Assembly (NCBI GenBank): GCA_047495785.1
Contig: JBLDXI010000074.1
Coordinates: 434,001-498,000 of the forward strand
Reading direction: 5' to 3'
Length of the DNA: 64,000 nucleotides
Source: Lepidodermella squamata
Taxonomy: Eukaryota; Animalia; Gastrotricha
The notes below the pieces were generated by a model that saw only the letters and a list, made by a program, of their open reading frames with translations, was not told where the DNA came from and did no database searches. Position 1 is the stretch's first letter; each line of letters opens with the position of its first letter. Made by a program: the position numbers and the translations under genes. Positions 45,763 to 58,953 of this stretch are shown here, one piece after another.

Positions 45763-48700
45763 TCATTTTTTACCGATCGGAATTTTTCCGGGTTTTTTCG
45801 GTATTTTTTCTTTGATGCCGAATTTCGCACATAAATCAGGGTCGCGTAACGACGGTATCGGCTGACGTTCGAAGCCGTGCGTGACCAACGGTAGATAATA
45901 GCTGAAATTTCGATCGATGATGCTGCTAGCGTCCACTGATGCTTGATTGTCGCCGAAAGTCCAAATCATAGCCAGACTGGTGCGAACAATGCCGAGAAAA
46001 ATTGCGATTTGGAGCAGAAAGAAAATACCTATAACGGAAAATTTTGCGATTATTTGATAGATAACCACATAATCACACATTTAGCCTATTGTTGGTACTA
46101 AATAACTATTTAAATAACCTGATGGTAATATTTTCGGTATTTTCGGATTTTTTGTGAATTTTTTAGTAGTTTTTGCCACTGAAATAGGCAGTTGACCTCA
46201 GTTGGCATCCCTACCATTTTATTGGCTTCAATGGATTTAAAATGCGAATATGGCTAAAATTTTATAATTTCCTTACCCAACATGATGTGCATTCCGAACA
46301 GAGTTTGAAAATCATGCATGTTCAGCTCGGTTCCATTGGTTAAATTCGGCGCGAACGTGGTCGGAAATGCCGTAGTAGTCCCATTAGTAACCGAATTATT
46401 CCCGAAAATCCCAAACCTAGCCACAATTTGGTTCAAACCCGCATTAGCCAGCCGTTCCTCAGCAATATGAACCTGCTCTACATTTCCCTGCAAGTCGAAG
46501 AAATCGGCCAAAGTCGCGAGCCTGAGCGCTAGAAAGGCGATGTATAAATAAATCGCAAAAACGACAACTTGAACAGCCGTGAACGTAACACCCGGCATTT
46601 GATACGAGTCGTAAATTGTCGTCATCGCGTTGAAAATGTGCGTAATCTCGGCGTTGAGCAACGCAGATTCCACATCGCTATCCAGCATTTTCATGAGACG
46701 AGCTTGCTGAATGAGGCTCGTGCACCATATAAATGGCTTGGCGTAGTAGGCCTGCGTTAGTTGGCTCGATTTACCGAGGCGTTTCGTGAAGTCATGGTTC
46801 ACTGATTCCAGCGCGGCTAGTTCTTCATAGCTCAGCAATTTGTGCTTTTTGACCAGTGATCGGTAGTTCGGGAATCGTTCGGCTACGGGCGATGAGAATC
46901 GCGTGAAAGCCAACGCCATGCCAATGCAGAGATATCTAAAATTTGATAATGCAAATTTGAGAAAATCATAAATGAATAAAACCCTTCAACAATTTGAGAT
47001 TTAATTACCAAAATAATTTAACCTAAATTTCAGAAAATTATTTCCGTTTATTCAATCATAATTCAATTCAAATAATTCAAAATCGAAATTTTTTGTGAAT
47101 CATCTCAAAATATTGGCTGTTGCTCTTGTTTGCACTATCGCCGCAAGCACATGTCTTGTTTTCAAGTTGGTACTATCTGTTCGAGAGAGAATGGGGCGCA
47201 ACAACCCGTTCCGTCATCTCGCATGGGCGAAACTCGATCCGACCTTATCTCGACAACGAACGACTACATTGGCCTTTCTATTTTACGCGAACGAGCTGCA
47301 AAAGGTTCCGACACGAACTGCGTCTGCAATTCCACGGAGTCGGAAAGGCCCTGTTGCAATTTCAATCGGGCAAGTAACAATTGCACAATACACTGGAAAA
47401 AATTAATCCCTGATCAGGGGTCAGCTGTTTAAACCGTTTTACTGATCAGCATGAAAACGGGACAACCCCTGATAATCGCAGACGCCAGCTGATAATCCAT
47501 GCCATTTTCATGCTGATCAGCATCACTTTGCTGATCAGGGGTCAAAAGTGTGCATTCGCTAATTAACCAAGTGTGCATATGCAAATTAGGCTGCATGTTC
47601 AATTCAGACTTGCGTCGGAAGGTCCATATTTTCGAAAAAGCCAATTTTTTCACACGCGAACTCTATTACTTCAGCTGTTTACTTAGCAATAAGTCCTTCT
47701 TTTTCTAACAAGTGACTACCAAGTGCCATCATGAGTTCCTGCCATGTTTAGGTAGTTGCCGTGCCCGGTGGCATAGCATACTACCGAGCCGGCACTACCT
47801 GCATGGCATTAGGTTTGGCGGATTCTGGTCAACCGGCTATTCAAAAAGAATAATATAAAAATAAAACTGAAAAAGGGCTGCCATTTTTCTAAAAATTTTG
47901 AAATTTTACTAAATTTGCTGATCAGCAGCTGATCAGGGCGCTATAAGTGATTATTATCAGCAAATATTGGAACCAAAATGACCCCTCATCAGGCTGAGCT
48001 GATTAGGGTTCACTTCAATATAACCCCTGATCAGGGTGCATATTACCCCCTGATCAGCTATAGTAATGACTAGGAGCTATGACCCCTGATCAGACCCCTT
48101 ATCAGGGGTTAATTTTTTCTAGTGTACAATAACCCGAAGTGGAAAATTCACGGTCAGCGCTACGTCGCTGTGAATAACCCAAACTCGGCCATCGAGCACC
48201 CCTGAAGCACCCGAACAATTCACACACCTTGATCCACTCAAGTGTTTAGGGCCGTGTCCAAGGATGAACGAAAATATGTTCTTTCTGGCCGAAATCGATA
48301 GAAGTCAAAGTGTGGCTAATCGCGTTTTCATTCTTCAAACGCTGTGAAGAAAAGTGAAAAGTGTCCCACATGCAGCAAGCTACCTAAAGCGGAGAGTGGT
48401 TAAATCAATTGTGTCAATAAATGAGGCATCCACGGCCCAGTTTTCTCAGTGGGTTTTACTTGTGCATGTGGACAGCTCAGTCATAAGAGGTCCATCCGTA
48501 TTAGATAAAGCGGTTAAGGCGTGCATCGAGGAGATAGGTCCGTGTTACTTCTGCAAGGCGTGCTTCGGCAGCCGCGAGCCGTGGCCTTATTAATATATGC
48601 GGGTTGGGCATTACATCGATTTTGAACAACAGCGCTGCCTCTTTGCATAACCGGATAACAACTCTAAAACAGCTACATACTACTAAAAGGCCCTCGTCAG

Positions 48701-50942
48701 GGCTGCAAATGGTCTTCCGAGTCACAAGCCGATGCCGATTGTCACAACGCGCAGCTCCACGCGGATTTATTTCGACGCGTTGGCAACAGCCAACAACCGA
48801 ATTTTGCACTTATTTCAACCGCTGGTTCGACATTTTCAACTTCTAAAATGAATTCGATTTTTTCCGCTACGACCACGACGCCAAGTCATTCACTTCTAGT
48901 ACTAGTACCTGCTCTGGCTTTATGACCTCGCATCGTGTTTCGATTACATCTTGCTTGATGATTACAACGCGGATCTCCTAGCTAAATCATGTGTGCTAAA
49001 TCATGTATTAACTGCGGATACAGTCAGCGGTTGCCACGATCTGACGCTAGCTTAGAAGGATGGCATTTCGCAATTCAGGCTTTACGTGGCAATCATCCTC
49101 AGTGTTTTATGTTTTCGTCGAGCGTCTGCGAAATGAAGCGAAATGGGCGAATCAAGCTGAATGACAGGACTGCAATGTCGTGGGCCGAAATGTCATACGA
49201 CGCCCTAAAATCAGTCGAATGGGTAACTGGTTAATTGGTCCCACCCTTGGCCCATTTATCGAAACGTTGCGCAGGGCAACTGCGGACAACTAAAAAATCT
49301 CCATTGGATAAGGTCCAGTTTCTAAGCGTGATTAAGACGGAAGAGCTACGAACTCCTCAGTGCTTGCAAACAATCAAGGATTTCATACCTAAAACTGACG
49401 TTTACGTTGGCGGGAAGTTGTTCGGGCTAAAGATCGGGCCCGATTTCACCATCAAGGACGATGCACGGCTCGAGAAGCTATTCCCATATCGGCATAGCAT
49501 GCAGTTCGCGAATGTTTCCGATCTTTACCAAGCTCCAAAGCCAGTGAGAAACATCAACGTTGCTGCCTTGATTTCGCATGTTACGATTGGAAATCAGGTG
49601 TAGGGCTAATATCGGGAAAAACGTCGCCCCAACTTATGTAAGCAATCGAATTTCGAAATTGACATTGGCGGACAAATTGTCAAAAATTCTTAATAATTCG
49701 CTTCTCGACTTCGTTTTCAAGCTGAAATATGACTTCACTGCATCTGAAACTCTCCGCCTGTTTTGTCATCGACTACATCAGCAATACTGTTAAAAAATTA
49801 CTTCAGCATTTTCTGGGCGGTTTCTCGACATTGTTTTTCAACGAAATTTTCAAAAATGTGCTGTCAACCCACAATCGATGCATGAGGCAAGCTTCTCTCG
49901 GCATTAGCTCCTTGTGAGCCCTTCGGTATAAAATCATTTCAGTATTTGGTGGCTGAGCTGGGCTGATCGTCAAATGATCGCGAATTTACCGCATGAATAC
50001 ATCGTGCCAACGTTTTTGTTCTTCGTTCTGTAAATTCGTCTCTGTCGCAGCGCTTGGAACATTCGTGTGAAAGCAAAACTGTGGTCTATTACTTTGTGCC
50101 AAACTAAAATCTAACACTGAATTCTGTGAATTGTACGATTGTTCTCGTTGATTTACCATGTCCGATGTTCGTTGATTTTTCACATTCTATTTTTCACTAG
50201 AATACGAGAAAAGGCGAGAAAAGGAATCCAATATCTTTTTAGTAATTGGCGCATTGGTGCTTTTCACATCGATGAACTTGGTTTGGAAAGTTGGTAACAC
50301 CCTGCGTTCGTGAACTTCTGTTCGTGTATTCTACCGCTAACTATTATCGATTTCTCAACTATTTTCTGAATTTTCAATCTCATCCGCCTTATGTTTTCGG
50401 AATTTTCAATCAAAACCACAAAATTATGCCATTAGGAGAAAAATGTAATGCAAACCTGTGAATTGCCGTGCGAATGTCTTTCGCCGTTTTGAATTTGCTG
50501 TCGAATTTTCGCCGCTTGCATTCCTCCTCACTCGACGCCGGCGGGTCGTGAATATAGGCCTCGAGCAGAAATGCCATTCTGTCGGGAAACGGCAGTAAGT
50601 TGAACGTTTTCAGGTTCTTGCTAACCACGCTGTTGATGAACAGCGCCACAACAAATTCGATAGCAACAGTTAATTTGTATCGCAAAAACGTCTTAAAAAT
50701 AGAATTTTTAATTAAAAATTAGGTTGGCTGATAAAAATAACCTCGCCCATGTTGTTCATAAATTCGTGACTTTCGCCCGTTAGGCCGAAGTGGTACAAGC
50801 AGGAGAGACCAGTGTAGAGAAGGGCGAAGAGCAAGAAATCGGGAATTATCAATCGATAAAACGATCGACGCCATCGCAGCAAAAATCGAAGGGAAAACCA
50901 ACCTCTTGTTGCTAAACGATAACTACTACGAGGAGGCGCCAT
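45763..50942 (-). CDS. Divergent bestrophin-family channel; exons 50942-50742, 50691-50456, 46935-46277, 46028-45763
   Basis: FLLRWRRSFYRL, PFPDRMA, IRTAIHRYL, VAERFP (RFP motif), KPFIW, QVVVFAIYLY, FFLLQ..FLG and FG....IIDRN. All three introns are GT-AG and phase-consistent. Confidence 0.88.
47391..48124. mobile_element. CACT...AGTG non-autonomous element with ctgatcag repeats, in bestrophin intron 2
   Basis: TIR cactggaaaaaattaatccctgat / atcaggggttaattttttctagtg with TA on both flanks. Confidence 0.75.
48350..49603 (+). mobile_element. Degenerate MULE-like transposase remnant
   Basis: RLPRSDASLEGWHFAI..NHP resembles the MULE RTNN.xEGWH motif. Multiple stops and frameshifts. Confidence 0.45.
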
Positions 50943-51109
50943 TTTTAGAAAAAAAGAAAACAATAAACGAGAAATTTTGAAAATCAAATTCAAGGTGGAT
51001 TTTTTCAATTTTTCAATAATTTATTGCGCACTCACACAATTGATAAATTTTGGAAAAGATTTTAACACATGAAAACGAGGGAATATCTTTCTTCTCAATT
51101 CTTTCGATT

Positions 51110-54100
51110 TTAGGGCTTGGTAGGAATGAGACCCTTCGAGTACAAGTAGCTCCGGTTGCCTTCGTAATAGGCGGCGACTTCCTGCGGCGACATGGCGTGG
51201 TCGCAGAGTAGCACTTCGTCGATGGAACCGGTGAAAGAGCCCAGGTGATGATCGAAGCCGATTGTGTACGGCGTGTTGACCAACGGAAGGCGGCCGTGAG
51301 CTTCTTCATAACCAATCACAGCCTAAAAAGGTCCATGGATGAATTAAAAATAATTTAGAAAAAACCAAATCGATAAACTAATTAAAACAAATTCCAAGTA
51401 GTTAGAAAACTTGTCCCGAAAATTTCAAATATTTTGAAATCGCTTCAAAATTTCCCGAAAATTTGCGCTGAGCTCAAAATCCCCTGTCCGGACCTGCCGA
51501 TTCAGCATCCATGGGTATCAATTTTTTTCACATTTCAAGCGAATTTCAAGGGTCAATTATTAATATTTCAAGCGTATAACTTACTCCATTTAAATAAAGT
51601 TCCACGTTGGCACCGTCGTAAACCAGGCAAATCTGGTTCCACTCTTCAGTTCCATTGGTAGCGCCCGTAATCGTGACCAGCATAGTCGGGTTATTCAGCC
51701 TCATTTTCGCCACAATCTGGTTCTTCGTAACCGTGGCTAGAACCACCGAAAACGCGTTGTCCTTCCCGTTCGACAACAGGCCACCAGATCGCAGGCACTC
51801 GTTGGAACCCGGGCGCTGCTGGCACCGGTAGAAAAGGCACCACGAGGCCTGGTTCTTCTGATCTGAACCAGCCAGGCCGGGCACTTCGAGGTAAGCACCG
51901 CCGCCCAACAGAAGAGACCGACCTTCACCAACTGCAGAATCGTTGGCTTTGTTCAAAATTGGCCGGCCATGCGGGTAGATACTGAATCGATTTGTCGATA
52001 GGTCGGAGATGTCCTCGTTGAAGGGAACATAGAGACGGCATTGACGGCCTTTCACGTACTGGTTAGGCTTGTGTTGCTCGTTGCGAATTCCTTCACCTAA
52101 AATGAATTAAAATCATGCATTAAACTGTTACGCAACTAACTGAAAGGGGCCAGAAAGCCAAGTCTAGTTTTTCAAGTTCAATCCCAAAATTCGACTGAAA
52201 CTGGTCACTGTTCATATCAACGTCAGGTTGTCCAAAAAAAGCGGCCGTCCTACTTAAGCTCAGCGGGCTCTGCACATGCAAAATGTGGAAAAGGCACCGA
52301 GCCCTGATCGCGAGTCGTTGGACAGTGATATTGGTGACACGGGTGGTGAGCGACTCGAGCAACAAGATGATGATTTCGAAGGTTTGGTCGACCCCGCACC
52401 GGAGCTTTTTCGTACTCGAGTGAGCCGTTCACTGGTCCAACAACCACTGAGAACGACTGAGCGACGGCGCCAAAACCACGCCGGGGAAGGCCGCCGCTGA
52501 CCCGAAGCATGTCAGCAGTTCCGCCCACGACCACGGCGACATCAAAACCGCAACGAGGACGAAAATTATTTTCATTTAAATTTCATGAATTCATGATTTA
52601 ATGTTTTGATGAATAAAATTTGGTTCCGCTGAAATAAGGCCCTTATTTGTGGACGAATATAACAACCTTATAAATTAAGCAAAAAAACCTAAAAAAATAC
52701 CTTCAGGCAGATGCTCACAGCGGCACGATTTGAGCGAGAACAGCGAGCCACCAGCACATGGAATCGTGTAGTAGCGAGGAGCATCGGTATCGACGAATTC
52801 GATGACATCGAAGAGGTCAGGCCGGCCGCGGTGAAGGCGAAGCGTGTTGTTGTAGATGTCAACGCATTTCTCATCGGCTTCCAGCGCCGCATTCTCCAGC
52901 TGTTTCGTCACATCGGCGACCGTGCACTTGTCCTCGCATTTCGACGCACCCTCGTGGTGCTGCTCTGTTTCGGCCATGCAACTGCATGAATCAGCCTAAA
53001 ATTGAGGAAAAAATAGGGAATTTAACGTCTCTGCACACACTTTCTCAAAAAAACTGATTGGGATTTCGATACGAGCCTCTATATTCTTCTATGAATAGGA
53101 ATTTCGAATACCAGGTGAAATCAGGCCAATCCAGTAGGACACTGGGTGAGCAAAAAAAGTCGTCGAGCGTGATGGCAAATTTGGAGATCGATTCGAAGGG
53201 CCATTCGAAGTCATTGAAATCTTTCCAGACAATCCTAACATCGTCAAACTTCGACTTAGCGAGACAGAAAGCGACACGTTTAACGTATCCAAAATCGACC
53301 CATGGAAAACTCAACCAGAGCACAGCTAATCAGAGTCCGTCGCTGAGTCCATCTTGCCACACTTTTTAAAGGGCCTTACTTTTACAGCCGACATAAATAA
53401 TTATTGAGGCGGAATTTAATAGAATTTATTTTAAATTTGATAAAATTCTAGTTTGTATTCATAATAAAGTTTTTTCGGTGTAGACATTTTCTTCTCGATG
53501 CCGACCTTGTTTCAAGCGCTTCGAGGCCGGCCAAGTTGGTTGGAGCCAGTGCTCGAGATGCTACTTTTGGTACTGTAGCAAGAAGTGCTTCGCCCAGCAT
53601 ATACATAGCCGCAGCTCAAACGAATTTGTAGCCGCAAAAACTAATCAAGCTTTCTTCTGTGCTGATGTGATCTTATGACTTGTGACAATATTGGTGATCA
53701 TCGACCAAGTTGGCATCAACTTATACTGCTGCGCGTGCCACTTCTATTGCTACCGATTCGCATGGTCTACGCTTTTACGAAAAGGTTGCGCAGCTGAAAG
53801 ACGCCAACATCAGGTGCTGCCTTACTGAGCAGTTGAAGCTAATGGAAAGCGGCTCCGGCAACTTGGCTCCGCTATACAACAAGGGGACCTGTAACCCAAA
53901 GTTGGATACGCTAAAGTCTTGCGCAGCAAAGGTCGACGACATTGGTTGTACGGAGAGTCTTTATTCTCCAGCCTAATGCAAAACAACTGTTCAACTGGTT
54001 TACCGAACCATCGGTAGAAATAGATACAACGCCTATTCTTTCAGTTATTTACACAAATTTTCGCCTGAAAACTGGTTTGAAACATTAAACGCATGCTCGT

Positions 54101-57100
54101 TTTTCGCACCGGGATTCGCACCGGGCGGGGCAACAACACCCGGATGTCGACGGTGCCTCCAGGTGTCCCTGAATCTGGGTCAAAATCTGATGTCCCTTAA
54201 CCAGGACAGAAGACAACGGGGTTAAAAACGTGTCACGAGTGCGGCAGGCCGGCAGGCAGTGTGCGAAGCGGCGAGCAAAGACAACGTGCCACAACTGTTT
54301 CACGCTCGGGCATTACGCCGACGAATGTCAAGCTCCAAGAAAGCCGCCAAAAAAACTTCAGACCACGCCAACAGATGACTATCTCAATTGGCCAGCAGTC
54401 GCTCGGGCCGTGGCTGAGTGGGATGGCCGCGCCATTCATGCAACCGGCGTTCAACCGCGCTATGCGTAAGTATATTTGGCAATTTTTGGCAATCGATCTG
54501 TCCCAATCAAGGAAGAAATGAAATGTTTGAAGAGCGTTGTAGATGCGACTATTATGCATGGCAGCGAAAGTTGGACTGTAACTTCTGAGGATGCGAGGCG
54601 ACTAGATGTTGGCTATATGCGGTATTTGCGGAAAATATGCGGCGTGACACTTAGAGACAGGATTAGCAATGAGGCCGTTAGAAATATGAGTAGCACGGAA
54701 CAATTTACATTCAAAATCGCTAGGCGCCAACTTCGCTGGTATGGACACATCGCTCGCATGGCTGGCGAGCCTGATGCGGTACTGGCAGCCGCCGGATGAT
54801 ACTTGGAGTAGACCTCAAGGGCGACCAAAATTAAGGTGGATCGATTGTATTAAAATACATCCGAACAAAATAGGGATTACAAATTTTGAGGAGGCCGACG
54901 CCCTGGCCCGGGATAGAACTACTTGGCGACAAAAAATGCATAGTTATTTTGGGAAATTTAAAATTAGATTCTAATCATTATAACACGTTTTTTGAGGTGA
55001 GTGATCAGGATAGGTACCTTGCTACCAGTCCTCCTCTGACACTCGGTGCGCTTGGCGTGAATTTGATTATACCGTCACCCCGGGGCCCCGGCGAACTGGC
55101 TACACCGGAAAGATTTTTATTTTATCATGTTTCCTTCGCATTTTCTATAAACTTTGTTCATATTTGTTGAATATTGTTGACTAATAATATGAAGGAAAAG
55201 ATGAAATAAGGATAATGCTATGCTCCTTTTTATAGCAAGTCCCGTTTACAACACCCCTTTTAAAAAGCTATGAGACTATATCCAAGGCCCCATACTCTTT
55301 TATAACAGAAAATACGATAGGACGGGGTGCTCTACAAAAAGAAAAGAGAAAAAATTTACGTCAAATCGAGTTCCAGCCGGGCAGCATTTCGCGTACGAAG
55401 TTCCATACGAGCACAGGAAAAACATGGCGCAATTGCTGCGAATTCCATAGCACCCGTTGTGGGTCACGTGGTTATGCCGGCAGTAGTCAGAACACGGCAT
55501 CGGGCCTTCCGGGACGCAAACGTGCGCATCCTTATTGAACACCTCCAACGGACCACACGACTTCACAACACCGGAAATGTTTTTCAGATTCGAAAAATCA
55601 CACTCGACGTAACTGTGGCAGTTATCGGGCAGCGGGACGGCGCGGAAACCGGCTTTAACCACCTTGCTGTAGTGGCAGACATCGGTGGGGGTGACGCGTT
55701 CCAACTGCCGGGCCAGGCCGGTTTTAACGTGGTTACGGCGGAAGGGCGTGGTCGGCGGCACGTAAGGCTTCTGCGTCATCATAGCCAGGTAATTCGGCTT
55801 CAAATCCTGACTCCGGTGATTCGCGTGGTGGTCAGGGTTCGGCTGGGAAACAACGGGAGGCGCGTAGTTTTCCATGCAGAGCAGCGCGGTGATTTCGGGG
55901 AATTTGTTGAACTCGACGCCGGATTCGATCGGGTAGAAGAGATCGCGGCGGCTGGCGAGGTTTCGCGCGATTTCGTGCGAGTAGCCGTGGCCGAGGCCGA
56001 ATTTCAGCAGGTTGATGTTGGCGCTTTTCAGCCGGTCGGCTTTGACGAGGGCTCGCGGCGGGTTCTTCGGGTCTTTGCTCATGAACACCAGGACGTAGGT
56101 CGGGCTGGCCGAGCGGCGACCACGGGTCGGCGTCAAAACCTGAAATAAGCAGAGATAAAATTAATTTACTGTTTTTTTATTGAATTTCACAATAAATTTC
56201 AAATTTTATATTTACAGCTTCAACTTTTTGAAATTAATCATAATATTATCACCAAAATAAATGAAAAATTTAAGATTATTCTCTCGCTAACCAACAAATT
56301 TTCTGGCTTCAACTGTTGGGATGCTAATTTCCCAAGTCGATTTTTTGAAGAAAAAGCTATCCGTTAAAAAGGGAGTTTCGCCGTGGAAAAGACCACCAGC
56401 TGTTCAAGCCGTGTTGTCCGAGGATCGGCATCGCTTTTAATGTAAATTATCAAAGAGTTCGACTCGAAAAATGACCAATCTTAGTCTCTCGTTTCACGAG
56501 CACCATTCCAAACGAATGAGTGGGGTGGTTTCATCGGCGCACGAATGTAGTTGGCACGGTCACCACTATTTTCGTCAGGAACGAATTTCAGAGCGAAATT
56601 GGGAACAAAAGTCATCTGCACATGGGCATCTCAGTACGCGAAATTCGGGCGGAACTGGTTTTTGCGGTTGGTTGAAAGTCGAGATCACTTCGAGATGCTC
56701 AAGGAAATTCATTAGCCCTTCCAACGGCACGAATGCGAGAAAGCGGCTGGAAAATGCCAGTTCCTCGCGGCGAAGGGTTTGACGCGTTCGCCAGCACGGC
56801 GTCTCCAGCACCAATTATTTCGAAGAGTACCGCAACCTCTATTCCGAGGAAACTTGCAAAGAGCTGCAATCGCTGACCAAGCCATCATCGCGGCAATATG
56901 ATAGACGGCTCGAACAACTTTACTTTAAAATGTGCGATTGAAGGTTTAGTGTCGTACTTTGACAAATTACTCTGCCAGCTCTGGCGTTCGCCCCAAAGCC
57001 TACGCGGCATCGACAGACGTTCCGGGGCAAGCAGCCGCTAAATGATGTAACAAACTATAGCTTTTTTCCTACAGCTACTCTTACGCTGGCAATAAATTGC

Positions 57101-57976
57101 TTCTGACCTCGCCGATAATTGAACGAAGTGACCCAGATAAATGACCCACGTGTTAGCGAGCAATTTTATTGCCCAGCCGCTCTACTACTAATAGTGCTTC
57201 CCATAAGTAACGCAATTAAAGAAAATACACGGAAAAGAGATAACTAAAAAATGAGAGGCAAAGCCATGCCTGCCTGCCTGGCCAGAAAAATCTTAAAAAA
57301 TTCAAATGCCATCATGAGATTAGTAATCAATGGGATTAAAAAACTGCTGGAGAAATTTGGCCCAACCGGGTAAATAGCGGAAATTACTAACCCAGCTACA
57401 AGCAAGGTTTTCCGGGTTTTCTCCGGTGAATTTTTATTTCAAATAAATTTGCCGATTTTCCTACAACAATTTGCAAACTTGAAAAATTGTCTCGCATGGG
57501 ATACGCTGTAATAAAATCTAAATAAAAAGCCGAAAAGTAATGTGAATTACCTGAGACATGATTCCTTCCAGCGTGTCTGACAGGAAAGACTGCGAGCCAA
57601 GCGAGTTAGCACCCGGGATGTAATTGCGGATGAAGCCGCGAACAGAGTCGGACGATTTATGGTCACCCAGCAGCGATCGAATGTGAACCGACGACGCGTA
57701 TTCAATGATGGAAACGCGCATGTCAGCGCACGAATTCAGCGATTCAAAAATGCCGTCAACGATCGGCTTGATCGTGTCAGCGTAGTTGTCTTTGCTTACA
57801 TAGCTACGGTCAATAGCGACGACGATATCGGGAGCACAGCATGATTTAGCGGTGCTTTTCGCATTTTCGACGTTGACGATAGGTTCAGCAGGTTTGGCGT
57901 GTTCCGGTGCTTGGTGGTGCTGGTGATGATCGGCAGTGACCAGCGTTATTAATAAGGCTTGAATGAGAAGTCGCAT
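51110..57976 (-). CDS. Gene B: secreted Pif/BMSP-like protein (signal peptide, His-rich segment, VWA, chitin-binding type-2 domains, LamG/ConA-like); exons 57976-57551, 56139-55360, 52995-52701, 52096-51585, 51322-51110
   Basis: MRLLIQALLITLVTA signal peptide, DIVVAIDRS..VSIIEYAS VWA, DNCHSYVEC and SNCAMFFLC..CCPAGTRFD CBM14-like repeats, and LYVPFNED..WNQICLVYDG..LYLNG..FTGSIDEV LamG. Four phase-consistent GT-AG introns. Confidence 0.88.
53150..53320 (+). mobile_element. Ty3/gypsy integrase C-terminal (GPF/Y module) fragment in intron
   Basis: A frame not in the ORF track reads KFGDRFEGPFEVIEIFPDNPNIVKLRL...FNVSKIDPW. Confidence 0.6.
54230..54400 (+). mobile_element. Gag-like zinc knuckle remnant
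   Basis: CHNCFTLGHYADEC (CX2CX4HX4C). Confidence 0.5.
54450..54960 (+). mobile_element. Degenerate RTE-clade LINE 3' fragment (different family)
   Basis: HGSESWT, YLRKICGV..DRISNE, QLRWYGHIARM, RPQGRPKLRWID and ARDRTTWR, with frameshifts. Confidence 0.85.
57192..57509. mobile_element. Tc1/mariner-like MITE; partial related copy at about 60010-60290
   Basis: Both copies share cccataagtaacgcaa and atgggattaaaaaa...ttccgggttt blocks. The terminus tgggatacgctgta is the inverse of tacagcgtgtccca. Confidence 0.55.
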
Positions 57977-58953
57977 GATTTGGCTTTATTTCAAAGAAAT
58001 CACATCGATCGTTTTTACAACGGCGGCGTTGAAAATTGTCGCCGTCCATTCATGCTTCGAAGTTGAGCGCGTGTTCACATTGGTGGCACGTGGATGGAAA
58101 ATGAACGAACGCGAGCAAATAATAAATTGCGCAACATCAGAGATCACGTGACTTTCTCAGAACTAAGTGACTTCTAGAGTAAACAGTAGACAGAAAATCA
58201 TTGCTCAGCTCAGAATTTCTTGGTTAGACAGAAAATTGAAATAATTAGCGAGATAACAAGAAATGTCGCGTTTTATAGGTCAACGAGCTTTTACCCGCCA
58301 AAGTTAGGCAAACACCATTTCGATTGTCAAAAATCAGGAAATAATTACAAAAAATATTCTTAAAATTTGGAGGAAATTCAGGAGTGACCTTGCCCACCTT
58401 TTCTTCAAATTTCACGAATTTTCCCATCAAAAGCTCATTAGAAACCCAAGTTTTCTCCAAATTTATTCTTCGTTATGGCGAGCGCTGCATAGCTCATTGG
58501 TTCTCACTCTGAGAAACAAGCGGATGTGGGCAAATGGCTGCTCCTCTTTTCCAGGCCCGATGAATATAGATTTCGGATATGGATTCATATAATTTATTCC
58601 TTTTACTATTTCAGTTCCAGTAACAATAAACATAGGACTTTGGTAAATCTGTGATAAATGATCTTGATTATTGGTTTCATTATTTTCCAAAATTCCTTAG
58701 GTCCCAACTCGAGCGGATTTGTCCACGAACAATGGCTTTCCTAGGTCAAAAACGATGAACTCAATGACATCAAGATGCCAAAATTCTACTGCGCACCCTT
58801 TGTTGACCTTGGCAGAGCATTCATACATGCGGAAAAATGTCACCTGTTTAAACTTCAAACGAACGAAATAGCTGTTGTCATAGGCAGCAGCAGGTTCAGT
58901 AATTTAATTTTTCATCAAAAAAGTACTTCAGTTCTTTTGGGAAAAATAATAAA

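Noticed and set aside
55327-56148. 273-aa plus-strand ORF (and its copy at 3639-4172)
   Set aside because: Antisense to exon 2 of gene B; no independent motifs.
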